NCBI GenBank assembly: GCA_041740355.1
Contig: JBGSMD010000011.1
Coordinates: forward strand, 57,462-121,461
Length of the DNA: 64,000 nt
Direction: 5' to 3'
Source of the DNA: Bdellovibrionota bacterium
GTDB lineage: Bacteria > Bdellovibrionota_C > UBA2361 > CALJRW01
Shown: in pieces, positions 1 through 10,598 of the stretch
Numbering within the stretch: the stretch's first letter is position 1
How the letters are laid out: every line of letters starts with the position of its first letter
Notes under the pieces: model-generated
What the model saw: the letters and a program-made list of their open reading frames with translations, nothing else
What the model was told of the DNA's origin: nothing
Database searches by the model: none
Translations under genes and position numbers: made by a program

Positions 1-2824
1 CTAATTGACCATTTTCATTAGCTAGTTCTCCAGCAATATTTCTCCATGGAATTAGTAGACCTGCAAGTGGATTTGTATGCCATTCCCACCAGGGCAGAGC
101 AGGTAATTTAGCTTCTATCTCAACTTTTGTAGGTGCTCCATTTGGAATAGGTAATTTTTTAAATACATCATAATTAATCATGCTTTTGTTCCATCTAACA
201 CGACGGTCAGTCCCATATGGAGCGGGTCGAAAACTTCCTATTGCTGGTTGGGTTGCTAAGACTGTTAAGACAGCAACGGTTTCATAATAGCGTGGGTATA
301 TCTGTGAGTTTGTTATTGAGGATACTAAAGCATCTCCAGCCTGAAGAACAAATGGAAATGATCTAGCTATGTTCAAGTCCTTATTATAGCTGATCGTATC
401 AAATGTTGATGCAAAATTATCAAAGCCTTGCTTATTATCCCCAGCAACCGGATTTTTCATCGATCCGCTTGTAACAATTGGCGAGGTGATATTAGTTTTG
501 GGATTAATATCCGTTATAGTCACAGGACCTAAAACCCACGGCTCCCCATTTGCAAAAGTTCCCATAGGACGAGGACTAGTAAATGTCCAGGTAATGCCAT
601 AATGAGTTACGGTGGACACTGAGTGTCCGTAAACAATACAAGAAGTATTGCCAGCGTTTACAAATCCTTCATTGCAGTATTTAACATTACAATCACTCCA
701 ACTGCTCCAACTACTGTTACTGCAAGTTCTTACTTGTTCACCAGTACCATTAACCATCGGGCAACTTTTTGTATCATCACCAATACAACCTAAAACCGGA
801 GTACTACTCGGTGTTGGAGTTGGGGTTGGGGTAGGAGGTGGTGGTGTTGGAAGAACAGGCGGAGTTGAAATTGATACAGGGTCAGAGAAATGGGTAATGT
901 TCTGACTTCCAACAGGAGCAAAGTATCCAAAACGGTTTAACGCCGAGATTGCACTTTGTGTTTCGCGAAAGGGGTAATTAGTTGCGATCTGAAATGATTG
1001 TCCAGTATTATTTTGAATTACTACTGAATAAATTTTATAAGCCAAATGCACATCCATGGTAACTTGGTATTGTTGACCAGCAACATAATTTACATTTTGA
1101 ACTGCGGCATAAACATTTCCTTTTCTAGCATCAATAAAACCGTTGCTATTAAACCTTAAAGTCGTCGCTAAGGAGTCATAACCAGTAGCATTGTTATTTG
1201 ATAATCCTGTTAATGAATCAATATTATTGCTTAACGGAATTGTCTTATAAGTAATTCTAAAACTACCAGTTTGATTGGTAATATTTTTATTCTTCCATAA
1301 ATTTGAAGTTACAAGTTCTTCCCCCGGAGGTACTGAAGGTGCTGGGGTCACTGTCGGAGTTGGAGTAACTGTTGGTGTCGGGTTAACACCAGGCACTGTG
1401 AAAACTACTTCACTAAGACTACTAAAGGTGCTTGGATCATTTTGATCATAAACATCCTTTCTGGCTCTTATCCAGAACCTATAGGTATTTCCAGCAACAA
1501 CATTAAGGTTGTAAGAATTCCCTGTGTAGTTAAGTTCAAACAATATATCTGTATTAGTGGTAATATTTACTGCTCCAAGTAGAAATTTCGTGTTGGAAGA
1601 TTGCCAGTTAATAGTTACTAAATTTGTAACATTCTGCAGATTAGGCGCAGATAATACTGGGACAGGAAGTTGTCCTGGAGTAGGTACAGGCGTGATGCTT
1701 GGAGTTGGTGTTGGTAGAGGTGTGTTAGTAGGATTAGGAGTTACTGATGGATTTGGAGATGGATTCGTTACAAGAGAATTTGTGGTAACCCTAACCTTTA
1801 GTACTGAGGAGTAATCAGATACTAAGTGAACATTTTGCAAATTCTTAAATGCTACAATCTTAACAAAATAATCAAAGTTAGAACTTAAATCAGATAGGAT
1901 AACTTTATGATTATTAGTTTTTGCTACTTGTTGATAGCTTATTCCACCATCTTTGCTTAAATATACAATATAGCCATCAGCATTGCCTCCCCACTTAAGT
2001 TCTTTTGTGCTGTTAACAAAGCTAACTCCAGTTGGGGTACTAGGACTACTCAAATCTTGTACTTCAGCACAGACTGACTCATAAGCCGTAGCTAAGAGCT
2101 GTCCGTAAGTTGTATAAAATAGCGCATATTCTTTAGCTAGCTGTGCTTTTAAGATCTCTTGATTTACTGTTTTAAGATTAGCCTTATTATCCTTTGCACG
2201 TATTTTCTGACGCTTAGCTTCTAACACTCTTAGTTGTTTCTCTACCTTCTTGGCAATCTTATTATCTGATAAATAAGTAATATAACTATTAATGGAATCG
2301 CTAATAGAATATCCCGTAGATTGGTGAGTAGGGTTTACTTGTGGTGTAGTTCCACAGGTTAAGATCTGATTATCAAGGAGTAACTTTACTCCTGATTCTA
2401 ACTTACTTTTGTTGCCACCAAGCACTAAAGGCGGAAGGCATTTTTTGGTAGTAGCTTGTGGCTCAACATTTAAAATCTTACCAACTAAGCTAGTAAAACT
2501 ATCCTTGTTAAAATTCTTTAGTAGTTTAGTCTGAAAAGTATTTATTCCATTAAAGATCTTCTTAGCTTCACCTGGTTTCTCAGCAGCTAGATCGATAAAC
2601 TCATCTGTACAAATACTTAAATTATAGGCACTGGCTAATTCAACAGAGGGTAATGTTATTTCAGTTAGTTCTGATTCTGCTTTAATTACTGCTGTGGTGT
2701 TTTGAAATAAGGAGAAATTCGGAGATCCAAGAAAGGATAATAAACAAACTCCAATGATAAGTGTTAATGCTACCTGTAGTAGGTGATATTTAGTACCTGA
2801 TATTTTCCTAGAAGAACTATTCAT
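1..2824 (-). CDS. Large secreted/surface multidomain protein (FN3-like domains, Pro/Thr linkers, Cys-rich module); 3' end runs off the window
   Basis: Missing from the ORF track because its stop is outside the window. Manual translation from ATG 2824 gives MNSSSRKISGTKYHLLQVALTLIIGVCLLSFLG (signal/TM), then FN3-like LKWGGNADGYIVYLSKDGG..YFVKIVAF, PTPTP linkers, GEQVRTCSNSSWSSWSDC and HYGITWTF..FANGEPWVLGPV. Frame is consistent at every point checked down to base 2. Confidence 0.85.
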   Translation of the reverse strand, partial: MNSSSRKISGTKYHLLQVALTLIIGVCLLSFLGSPNFSLFQNTTAVIKAESELTEITLPSVELASAYNLSICTDEFIDLAAEKPGEAKKIFNGINTFQTKLLKNFNKDSFTSLVGKILNVEPQATTKKCLPPLVLGGNKSKLESGVKLLLDNQILTCGTTPQVNPTHQSTGYSISDSINSYITYLSDNKIAKKVEKQLRVLEAKRQKIRAKDNKANLKTVNQEILKAQLAKEYALFYTTYGQLLATAYESVCAEVQDLSSPSTPTGVSFVNSTKELKWGGNADGYIVYLSKDGGISYQQVAKTNNHKVILSDLSSNFDYFVKIVAFKNLQNVHLVSDYSSVLKVRVTTNSLVTNPSPNPSVTPNPTNTPLPTPTPSITPVPTPGQLPVPVLSAPNLQNVTNLVTINWQSSNTKFLLGAVNITTNTDILFELNYTGNSYNLNVVAGNTYRFWIRARKDVYDQNDPSTFSSLSEVVFTVPGVNPTPTVTPTPTVTPAPSVPPGEELVTSNLWKNKNITNQTGSFRITYKTIPLSNNIDSLTGLSNNNATGYDSLATTLRFNSNGFIDARKGNVYAAVQNVNYVAGQQYQVTMDVHLAYKIYSVVIQNNTGQSFQIATNYPFRETQSAISALNRFGYFAPVGSQNITHFSDPVSISTPPVLPTPPPPTPTPTPTPSSTPVLGCIGDDTKSCPMVNGTGEQVRTCSNSSWSSWSDCNVKYCNEGFVNAGNTSCIVYGHSVSTVTHYGITWTFTSPRPMGTFANGEPWVLGPVTITDINPKTNITSPIVTSGSMKNPVAGDNKQGFDNFASTFDTISYNKDLNIARSFPFVLQAGDALVSSITNSQIYPRYYETVAVLTVLATQPAIGSFRPAPYGTDRRVRWNKSMINYDVFKKLPIPNGAPTKVEIEAKLPALPWWEWHTNPLAGLLIPWRNIAGELANENGQL

Positions 2825-3253
2825 CGAACCAACCTTTAAACACCTGCGTAGCGAAGATAACCAAAAAACTTAGGGACAAAAATATCCTGATATTTGTGGA
2901 TGCAAATAATTTAAAAGCGATTCAAATCAAGAGGTTAGGAAAAGCCAAATTAGCCATTACTCGATATCAGTTTAGTAATAATACAAATATAGTAAGTCCA
3001 AAAAGTAATTTCCGAAGGATATTGCTTTTTGGGGTTTACTATCCGCCGCAAGCGTAATAAAATCATATAGTTATGATAAAAATACCGTTTCAATATTCGG
3101 AAATTAGTTTTTGTCAGCACTATATAATCTAGGATTTTACAATTTTTTACCTAATTTTTGGGATATTAAGTGAGAAACTGAAAGTAGTAGGTATTACTTT
3201 CCATAAATCTAACAAAGATTAGTTTTCATTTTTGAGGCTTTCTTTTCTAATAT

Positions 3254-4774
3254 TTAGGCTAATAAACTTCTTCCTGTCATTACTTCTGGCTGCTTAAGTC
3301 CCATTAATTCTAAAACAGTAGGGGCGACATCGCCCAAACAAGCATCTGCCAGCTGTTTAATATTTCTATTAGTATTAAATAGAATTACCGGTACTGGAAA
3401 AGTGGTATGTGCTGTGTGAGGACTTCCGTCCGCTTTGATCATCTGCTCAGCGTTACCATGATCGGCAATAATTACAGCCTGACCATTCTTAGCTTTTAGT
3501 TCTACTAAGATTTCACCAAGACAGCTATCCACATACTCCACTGCCTTAATTGCGGCTTCTAAAACTCCAGTATGTCCAACCATGTCGCAGTTCGCAAAGT
3601 TTACTACAATCAAATCGTAAGTCTCACTGCTAATCGCGTTTAAAACTGATTCTTTAACTTCCAAAGCACTCATCTCGGGCTTTAGATCGTAAGTCTTAAC
3701 ATCACGAGGAGATGGTTGTAGTGAGCGATATTCTTCTTTATTGATCTCATCCGTTAGTCCATTAAAGAAGTAGGTTACGTGGGGATACTTCTCAGTTTCA
3801 GCAATTCTAATTTGTTTCAGGCCAGCATCCGCTACGACTTCTCCTAGGCTATGAGTAACGTTTTGTTGTTCAAAAAGAAAATTGAGTCCAAAATCTTTTT
3901 CATACTCTGTAAAGCAGAGTACTCTTTCCTTTTGAGGAAGAGAATTTTCTCTGGCAAAACCAGCAAAGTCTTCTAAGCACAATGCGCTAACAAGTTGCCG
4001 CATTCGATCTGCTCGAAAGTTCCAAAAGAGCACAGCACTATCCGCAGCAATGCTTGGCGCATTATTAATAATGGCAGGTTCAATGAATTCATCAAAAATA
4101 TCTTGGCTGTAAGATGTTTGAATAAAGTCTGAGGCTCTTTTAGCTTCTTGTCCTTCGCCACAAACATAACAGCGATATGCTTTTTCAGTTCTGTCCCAAC
4201 GCTGGTCACGATCCATGCTGTGGTAACGTCCACAAACGGTAGCGATTTGTACTTGATTTTGGTTTCTTAACTTGTCTTCTAAATCACGGATTTGATCTAG
4301 TGATCTAGTAGGGGAAACATCACGACCGTCAGTAATTAAATGAAGGTAGATTTTACCTTTAAATTCTTCTTTTAAGATTTCGATTAATTGAATTAAATGA
4401 TCCTTATTAGAATGTACTCCACCATCGCTAAATAATCCCACTAAATGAATATCACGCGCTGTTAATAAGCCATTAGCAAATCTTTGATAGTGGTTATTAG
4501 AGTTTAAATAGTTTTGGTTTAAGCGACGAGCGATTAGGACTAGCCACTGCTCGATTACTCGACCCGCACCAATATTTAAATGTCCAACTTCTGAGTTGCC
4601 CATCTGTCCTGCGGGCAAACCAACTAATTCACCATGGGTTGTTAAAGTAGAGTTAGGTGAAGTTTTAAATAATTCATCGAGCGTGGGAGTCTTTGCAGCT
4701 TTGACGGCATTGCCATAGGTGTCAGGATTTAATCCCAGTCCATCAAGTACGCATAAAAGTGTAGTTTTTTTCAT
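3254..4774 (-). CDS. gpmI: 2,3-bisphosphoglycerate-independent phosphoglycerate mutase
   Basis: LDGLG, GQMGNSEVGH, DGGVHS, DGRD, AETEKYPHVT, NCDMVGHTG, ADHGNAE, HTAHT motifs. Confidence 0.97.
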   Translation of the reverse strand: MKKTTLLCVLDGLGLNPDTYGNAVKAAKTPTLDELFKTSPNSTLTTHGELVGLPAGQMGNSEVGHLNIGAGRVIEQWLVLIARRLNQNYLNSNNHYQRFANGLLTARDIHLVGLFSDGGVHSNKDHLIQLIEILKEEFKGKIYLHLITDGRDVSPTRSLDQIRDLEDKLRNQNQVQIATVCGRYHSMDRDQRWDRTEKAYRCYVCGEGQEAKRASDFIQTSYSQDIFDEFIEPAIINNAPSIAADSAVLFWNFRADRMRQLVSALCLEDFAGFARENSLPQKERVLCFTEYEKDFGLNFLFEQQNVTHSLGEVVADAGLKQIRIAETEKYPHVTYFFNGLTDEINKEEYRSLQPSPRDVKTYDLKPEMSALEVKESVLNAISSETYDLIVVNFANCDMVGHTGVLEAAIKAVEYVDSCLGEILVELKAKNGQAVIIADHGNAEQMIKADGSPHTAHTTFPVPVILFNTNRNIKQLADACLGDVAPTVLELMGLKQPEVMTGRSLLA

Positions 4775-4812
4775 TTTTAATTATGATAATAAATATTAAA
4801 AGAAATATCTGA

Positions 4813-6135
4813 CTAAGGAGTTGAAAATTTTGCTGGAAGTTGCTCCCTAGTAAAAATAGTTTTATTTTCATCTGTGACCAAGGACTGATCTAGTTTGAAA
4901 TCTGTTCCACTTAATTTAACCCAAAGCTTAGTTGCTTCTTGATGTTTACCTAGGCGGTTCAAGCAAATTCCTTTTAAGAAAGTATATTCCTTCTGCAGAT
5001 TCTTTGTTAAGGATATCAAAGAGTGATCTTTAGCAAATAAGTCCAATGCCTTTTCGCTTTCTTCTACATTACCAAGAGCTAAATTAACTTTGATCAAATT
5101 TAATTCTGCTTGGGCTAGCTCTAAACCACTTAAGTTTTTTAGTGCTGCTTTTGTAGTAACTAATGCTTTATCAGAATGCCCTTGATCAATAAACATTTGA
5201 ATTGCCTTGTTCCAATGATCTGGGTTTTTACTAATTTTACTTGCTCGTAAGAATAATTCAGCAGACTCAAGATAATTCTGATTTTTCTCTTCTAGCTCCG
5301 CAATCGCTAATATTGCTAAGAGATAGTCTTTATATTTTTTAAGAAATTTTTGAAGTTCTTTAACTTGAGTTATTCTGCCATCTACTGTTTCCGGATAGGC
5401 ATCAAAACGAATCTTTTGAAATTCCATTCTTGCTTTAAACTCTTGATAGTCAGAAACATTGCCAAGTTCCACGGCACGTTCATTATATTCCAAGGCATCA
5501 GCTAATCGATTTATTTTTTCAGATAAATTGCGTGCTAATAGAGCAGCCTTTTGGTTGGGGTGTTTTACAAGAATCAGTGCTAAGTTGTCTAAGGCAGCAG
5601 TATAGTTAGAATTGGCAATATTTAAATCTGCAGCTCGAAAGAGTACTTCCACATTTTCTGGAGCTGTCATTCTTGCCTGATCAATTCTTTTTAAAGCATC
5701 ATTGGGTTTTCCTTGTTGTTCTAAGATTTTAGAAATTTCTACGTTACTTAAAACTTTTGAGGGGTCTAAGCTTAAGATTTTCTCCCAAATACTCTGTGCT
5801 TTAGTCCAATCTTTGGCTGCCATAGCTTCGCGAGCTTCTAGCATTGTCTTAATGAAGTTATCCCTTTTCTTAACATCATATTCGACAAACTTTCTCTGAA
5901 TCATGCCACGAAGCATCATCCACGAAGTAAATATCCAAGCGAAGATAAATCCTAAGGAGAAGAAGCCGATGACAATAACACCTAAGTTAAAGTTTTCTAA
6001 CTTTGTGCCGGATAGTAATCCAGGAATACTGGGAAGCAAGACAAAGTCGACTGCCGTCGAATTGGCGATAACGAGAAAAGCTACTATCGCAAATACTGAG
6101 ATGATGGTGAGGATGAAAAGAGTTTTCTTGAACAT
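4813..6135 (-). CDS. LapA-like membrane domain fused to TPR repeats (LapB/HemY-like)
   Basis: Two N-terminal TM segments with a LapA-like pattern (ANSTAVDF..LGVIVIGFFSLGFIFAW), then TPR-like helices. No C-terminal CxxC rubredoxin domain. Confidence 0.6.
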   Translation of the reverse strand: MFKKTLFILTIISVFAIVAFLVIANSTAVDFVLLPSIPGLLSGTKLENFNLGVIVIGFFSLGFIFAWIFTSWMMLRGMIQRKFVEYDVKKRDNFIKTMLEAREAMAAKDWTKAQSIWEKILSLDPSKVLSNVEISKILEQQGKPNDALKRIDQARMTAPENVEVLFRAADLNIANSNYTAALDNLALILVKHPNQKAALLARNLSEKINRLADALEYNERAVELGNVSDYQEFKARMEFQKIRFDAYPETVDGRITQVKELQKFLKKYKDYLLAILAIAELEEKNQNYLESAELFLRASKISKNPDHWNKAIQMFIDQGHSDKALVTTKAALKNLSGLELAQAELNLIKVNLALGNVEESEKALDLFAKDHSLISLTKNLQKEYTFLKGICLNRLGKHQEATKLWVKLSGTDFKLDQSLVTDENKTIFTREQLPAKFSTP

Positions 6136-6438
6136 TGCAGTGTAAGCTAAATTTATCTGCCTGATTTATAGCCTACTTTTACAAAGTTGGGTATCTTTTC
6201 AGGTGAGCCTTCAGCCTTGGCCTATCTCGAAAGAAAATTGGTTAAAATACTCGCAGTAATATGTGAAGCCCTGTTTTAATTATATTTTTTTAATTAGACC
6301 TAAGCTCAAATTTTAAACGCAGGGAGTGATTGAAAGAGATTCAGCCTAGGGCTCAATTGATATTAAAAGTTGATATAAATTAATATAAAACCAATATTTT
6401 TAGGTAGTTAAGACTAATCGAGTAGCAATCAAGGTTGA

Positions 6439-6960
6439 TTACTTAATCATCAAGATATCTTTAAAGGAAGAGATGAAGCTAGTAAAAACGTTTTTATAAT
6501 CTTCATTAAATTCAGCTACACGGGCAGTAGTTTCAGCAGTAATTTTTTCTGTCGTGGAATTTAGCACAGTCGTAACATATTCATTAACAGCTTTCTGACG
6601 ATCGGCAAAAGTTGTAAATTGCTTACGAATTTGAACCAATTCGCCCAATTCAAACCAAATTCCACCGCAACCCCAGCATAGATCGATTTCTACTTCATTT
6701 TTAGAGTCAAAGAACTGGCGGTAAAGCTGTTGGGATTGGCACACAGGGCAATCTAGTAACTTCTTTAAGTCTCGTTTTTTTGGGTGAGGATTTGCTGCAA
6801 GCGAAAGAATTTGTTGATTTAATTCCTCATGTGGCTCATCAAAATGTTCTATTTCTTTGCGATCAAACCAAATTCCACCACAACCAGAGGTACAAGATTC
6901 AAATACAATTGTGTTGGTACAAAACTGATCCATTAATTTTTCACACGCAGGGCATTTCAT
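6439..6960 (-). CDS. Tandem zinc-ribbon (zf-TFIIB-like) protein
   Basis: Two CPxC...CxxCGGIWF(D/E) units. Confidence 0.8.
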   Translation of the reverse strand: MKCPACEKLMDQFCTNTIVFESCTSGCGGIWFDRKEIEHFDEPHEELNQQILSLAANPHPKKRDLKKLLDCPVCQSQQLYRQFFDSKNEVEIDLCWGCGGIWFELGELVQIRKQFTTFADRQKAVNEYVTTVLNSTTEKITAETTARVAEFNEDYKNVFTSFISSFKDILMIK

Positions 6961-7146
6961 GTATTTTACTTTAGCAAGAATATCAGTCGTTTACTAGAAT
7001 AAATTTAGTAAAACTGTCTATTTTATTAATTGTTTAACATTAATGAAACTGGGTTATTTCGCCGAAATGTTATTATCGTTATAACAAAAAGTAATTCTCT
7101 ACGGAAATTGCTTTTTGAACTTACTATATTAGTAACTTATCGCTGC

Positions 7147-9105
7147 ATGAATTCTTCCAAATTTATATTTTTAATAGTTTTGTTCCTTTTTTGTAATCTA
7201 GGAGAAGCACAGTCGCGTATAAAAGTAGATTCACAAAATGTTAGCTTATTTCAAGTCCTTACCAAAACTAATCCCCCGATAGCTTGTTATTCTGGAGATT
7301 TCACTCTGGGAACACTTTCCACCAAGAAATTAAAAATTGGTAGTGTCTGGACTCAAAAACAATTGACTGAAGTTCAAGCAAATTTACTAAAATTTCAACA
7401 AAAATTAAAGAAGGCCAAGAAAAATAAAAATGATCTGGCAGCAACTCGACTTAAAATAAAAGTTAAAACACAAAAGCAATTAGTAAAATCTCTAAATAAT
7501 TCAGTTTCAAAATGTATTAATCTTATTCCTGATGGAGAGTTTGCTGGAAGTGCTAGTAGTTTAGCTCCCTACCGGGAAAATTTAACTCCTAATGAAATTA
7601 AGCATATCTTAAAAAAAGTAGCTTTTGGTGGAGATGAAAAATTAGTACAGATTGCCCAAGAGCAAGGACTTAGTGCATTAGTTGATGCTTTAGTAGATGG
7701 AGATGACCAAGAAGTTGAACTAATGTCTAAGGCGATGGAGTTTGGTAGCCAAGGATTACATTATCAAGATGAGAATCCTAATTATCCAATTTACACTCCT
7801 TATGTGTTACGTCCTGCTCAGATTTACCGTTTTATATATTCTCCAAAACCATTTAAAGAATGGATGTTATTAAATTTAAGTGGACATTTTTCGGTTAACT
7901 TAAATCGAATTGGCTTTGCTTACAGTAGCTATAGTCACCTAGGGATGAAAGAACATTGGGATTTATTAATCAATAATTCCATGGGTAGTTTTAAGGATTT
8001 AACGTTAGCAATGTTAGATGATAAAGCAATGAATTTTTGGTTAGATAACAAAGACAATCAGATTGGTGCGCCAAATCAAAACTTTGCTCGCGAATTATTG
8101 GAGCTATTTATTCTTGGAAAAGTAGATCCAGTAACAGGTATTCCAAATTACGAAGAAGAGTCGGTGATTGCTTCCACTGGTTTTCTAAGTGGCTACTACG
8201 AAGATGCTGATTATGATGCTCCTTATGATCAGTATCGCTTAAAGATTAGCTTTGAAGAAGAACTTCACGATTCTAATAGTTACCAACTCTTTACTGGTTT
8301 TTCAGAGGCAGAAGTTTTACAAACATTTCATCCGGCAGGTTTTATTAATCATGTTTTTAATAATCATCCCGGAGCCTCAAGGTTTATCGCTGAACGTTTT
8401 GCCGGGATGATGTTATATTCTGGCTTACCAGAAAATGTAGTTGCTGAGCTCGCTAGTTTATTAAAATCCTCTGATTATCAATTAAAACCATTCTATAAAA
8501 AAATTCTTAAATCTCAGTCATTTTTCTCTAAAGCTTCGGTTGATAGTTGCTTTAGTTCGCCAATCGAACAAATCATAACATTGGCGCGAAAAATATTTCC
8601 AGAAAATTTAGTTTCCTCTGGAGACTTTGGAAAACGCGCTTTTCATGCCTTGATTAATATTGCCGATACAGCTGGAGCTGCGGGGCAATCCTTATTCGAG
8701 CCACCGTCAGTGTTTGGATGGAAGGGAGCGTGTAATATAAATCGTAATGGATCTAATGCGTCAGGGGAGGGTTGGATCAAAACCCAACGTTTATTGAATC
8801 GCGCTACAGCCTGTGGGGAAATGATGGGTTATTTAAATTGGTATGAGCTTGATTACTTAGCTGCAATTGATTTAGCTGAGGATGCCTCTCCCGAGGAAAT
8901 AGTTGAGCACCTAGAAAAAAGATTTTCTGCAAAGCCACTTTTGTTTCAAGAAAAGGAATTATTAATAACTTACTTAAGAACATTTAAAGGTGATGACTAT
9001 GATTATGTAGCTGATCCAGATTTGTCTGAGAATTGGGTGGTCAGGGCAAAAATCCCGAGAGCAATCTGTTTGATTTATGATTTAGGTTTTAATAATTTTA
9101 GGTAA
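7147..9105 (+). CDS. DUF1800 family secreted protein
   Basis: AMNFWLDN..N..PNQNFARELLELFILG and LFEPPSVFGW motifs; signal peptide from ATG 7147; adjacent to DUF1501. Confidence 0.85.
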   Translation: MNSSKFIFLIVLFLFCNLGEAQSRIKVDSQNVSLFQVLTKTNPPIACYSGDFTLGTLSTKKLKIGSVWTQKQLTEVQANLLKFQQKLKKAKKNKNDLAATRLKIKVKTQKQLVKSLNNSVSKCINLIPDGEFAGSASSLAPYRENLTPNEIKHILKKVAFGGDEKLVQIAQEQGLSALVDALVDGDDQEVELMSKAMEFGSQGLHYQDENPNYPIYTPYVLRPAQIYRFIYSPKPFKEWMLLNLSGHFSVNLNRIGFAYSSYSHLGMKEHWDLLINNSMGSFKDLTLAMLDDKAMNFWLDNKDNQIGAPNQNFARELLELFILGKVDPVTGIPNYEEESVIASTGFLSGYYEDADYDAPYDQYRLKISFEEELHDSNSYQLFTGFSEAEVLQTFHPAGFINHVFNNHPGASRFIAERFAGMMLYSGLPENVVAELASLLKSSDYQLKPFYKKILKSQSFFSKASVDSCFSSPIEQIITLARKIFPENLVSSGDFGKRAFHALINIADTAGAAGQSLFEPPSVFGWKGACNINRNGSNASGEGWIKTQRLLNRATACGEMMGYLNWYELDYLAAIDLAEDASPEEIVEHLEKRFSAKPLLFQEKELLITYLRTFKGDDYDYVADPDLSENWVVRAKIPRAICLIYDLGFNNFR

Positions 9106-9106
9106 A

Positions 9107-10453
9107 ATGCAACACTTAACTAGAAGAAGTTTTTTAACATTATGCGCTCAGGGAGCAGGGCTAGTTGCATTATCAAGCATGCTCAGCCCAAGATTACTGA
9201 TGGCACAAAGCCCGGCTGGAACAAATAAGAACTTTGTCATTCTTAATCTGTATGGAGGAATGGATGGACTTTCAGCCATGCCATATTATTCTGGTTCAAT
9301 TGCAGATTTGCTAAATTCCCAACTTCGTCCAACACTTACGGTAAACCCTGCGAGTGTAATTCCAGCACTAGGACAGGGAGGTAGTGCCAATAAAATTGGT
9401 TTTCACCCGGCGCTCAAACCACTGACGGACGTAGCGCTTAACAAATTGGCAATTGTTCAAAGTTATGGAATTCCCGGAGATCCTGGGCGAAGCCATGATA
9501 CTTGTCAGATTTTAATGAGTTTAGGCGCAGCGAAAATTCAAGGGACAGAGATGGTTGGGTTTTTAGCGCGACTAATGGATTTAGAAAGTTGGGATTCCTT
9601 TCAGTACTGGGCCTTTAATGTTGAGAATAATTCTGATGTAAACACAAAGAAAAACACTCCGATTATCTTAAACGATCTGTCTTCTTTATCATTTCCAGGT
9701 GTTGGTTGGGAGAGCGATCAAGAAACAGCTTTTGCCTCAGAGATTGCGGAAGCTTTAGTACAAGTTAGAACTTCACAAGCAGGCTTAGGCAAGCTTCATG
9801 CCGATACTTCGGATCTAATGTATAAAACAATTGCCTTAGTTAAGAATGATATCGCTAGCCAGACAGTTGGTAATAATCTGGCTGGTAACTATAATCAAAG
9901 TCCACTGGGTAAAAGTCTGCGTGATGTTGCCAAGATTATAAAAGCAAAAAAATCTGGAACGTCGGAAGATCTTTCCGGAAAAGATAATTTATTTTTACTA
10001 GGGCAAGGTGGTTATGACACTCACAGTGACCAAAATAATCCCAATGCTAGTGAGGGGAATATTTCTGGTTTACTAGGAACATTAGGAACTAACCTTGCTG
10101 TGTTTTATAAAGACTTAGAGGCGATGGGAGCGCTAGAGGATACCGTAATTGTTGTCTATTCTGAATTTGGAAGAACTTGTTTTGAAAATGGAACCTCTGG
10201 TAATTTATCAGTTGGTACTGATCATGGGCATGCTAGTAATACTTTTATACTTGGCGGGCCTGTTCGTGCTGGCGTCTACGGAGATGTTCCCACTTCTAGT
10301 GAATTATTAAATGACAATTATAATGCCCTACTTCCTAAAGTTGATTTTCGGGACATCTTTTCAGATGTTTTGCAGTGGTTAAATGTAACTCCAAGTGAAG
10401 TGTTTACTGATGATGATTACAATCCACAGAAAGTGGGGTTTATCCAAACTTAA
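9107..10453 (+). CDS. DUF1501 family Tat-exported protein
   Basis: TRRSFL Tat motif, GGMDGL, GGYDTH, YSEFGR, GTDHG, DFRDIF; usual partner of DUF1800. Confidence 0.9.
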   Translation: MQHLTRRSFLTLCAQGAGLVALSSMLSPRLLMAQSPAGTNKNFVILNLYGGMDGLSAMPYYSGSIADLLNSQLRPTLTVNPASVIPALGQGGSANKIGFHPALKPLTDVALNKLAIVQSYGIPGDPGRSHDTCQILMSLGAAKIQGTEMVGFLARLMDLESWDSFQYWAFNVENNSDVNTKKNTPIILNDLSSLSFPGVGWESDQETAFASEIAEALVQVRTSQAGLGKLHADTSDLMYKTIALVKNDIASQTVGNNLAGNYNQSPLGKSLRDVAKIIKAKKSGTSEDLSGKDNLFLLGQGGYDTHSDQNNPNASEGNISGLLGTLGTNLAVFYKDLEAMGALEDTVIVVYSEFGRTCFENGTSGNLSVGTDHGHASNTFILGGPVRAGVYGDVPTSSELLNDNYNALLPKVDFRDIFSDVLQWLNVTPSEVFTDDDYNPQKVGFIQT

Positions 10454-10598
10454 ATCAGGTGGAGCCTGTCTTTTCAAAAATAATTTGAACGCAACAAATA
10501 TCAGATTTTGGAACCGTGTTTATTGAGGTAATAATTTGTATCCGATTTTTTTTATTATTGGAGATATTTGACATCTGGGATGCCTATTTTTATGAATA

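Noticed and set aside
648-1814. GVGVG-rich plus-strand ORFs
   Set aside because: Antisense shadows of Pro/Thr linkers in the minus-strand gene 1-2824
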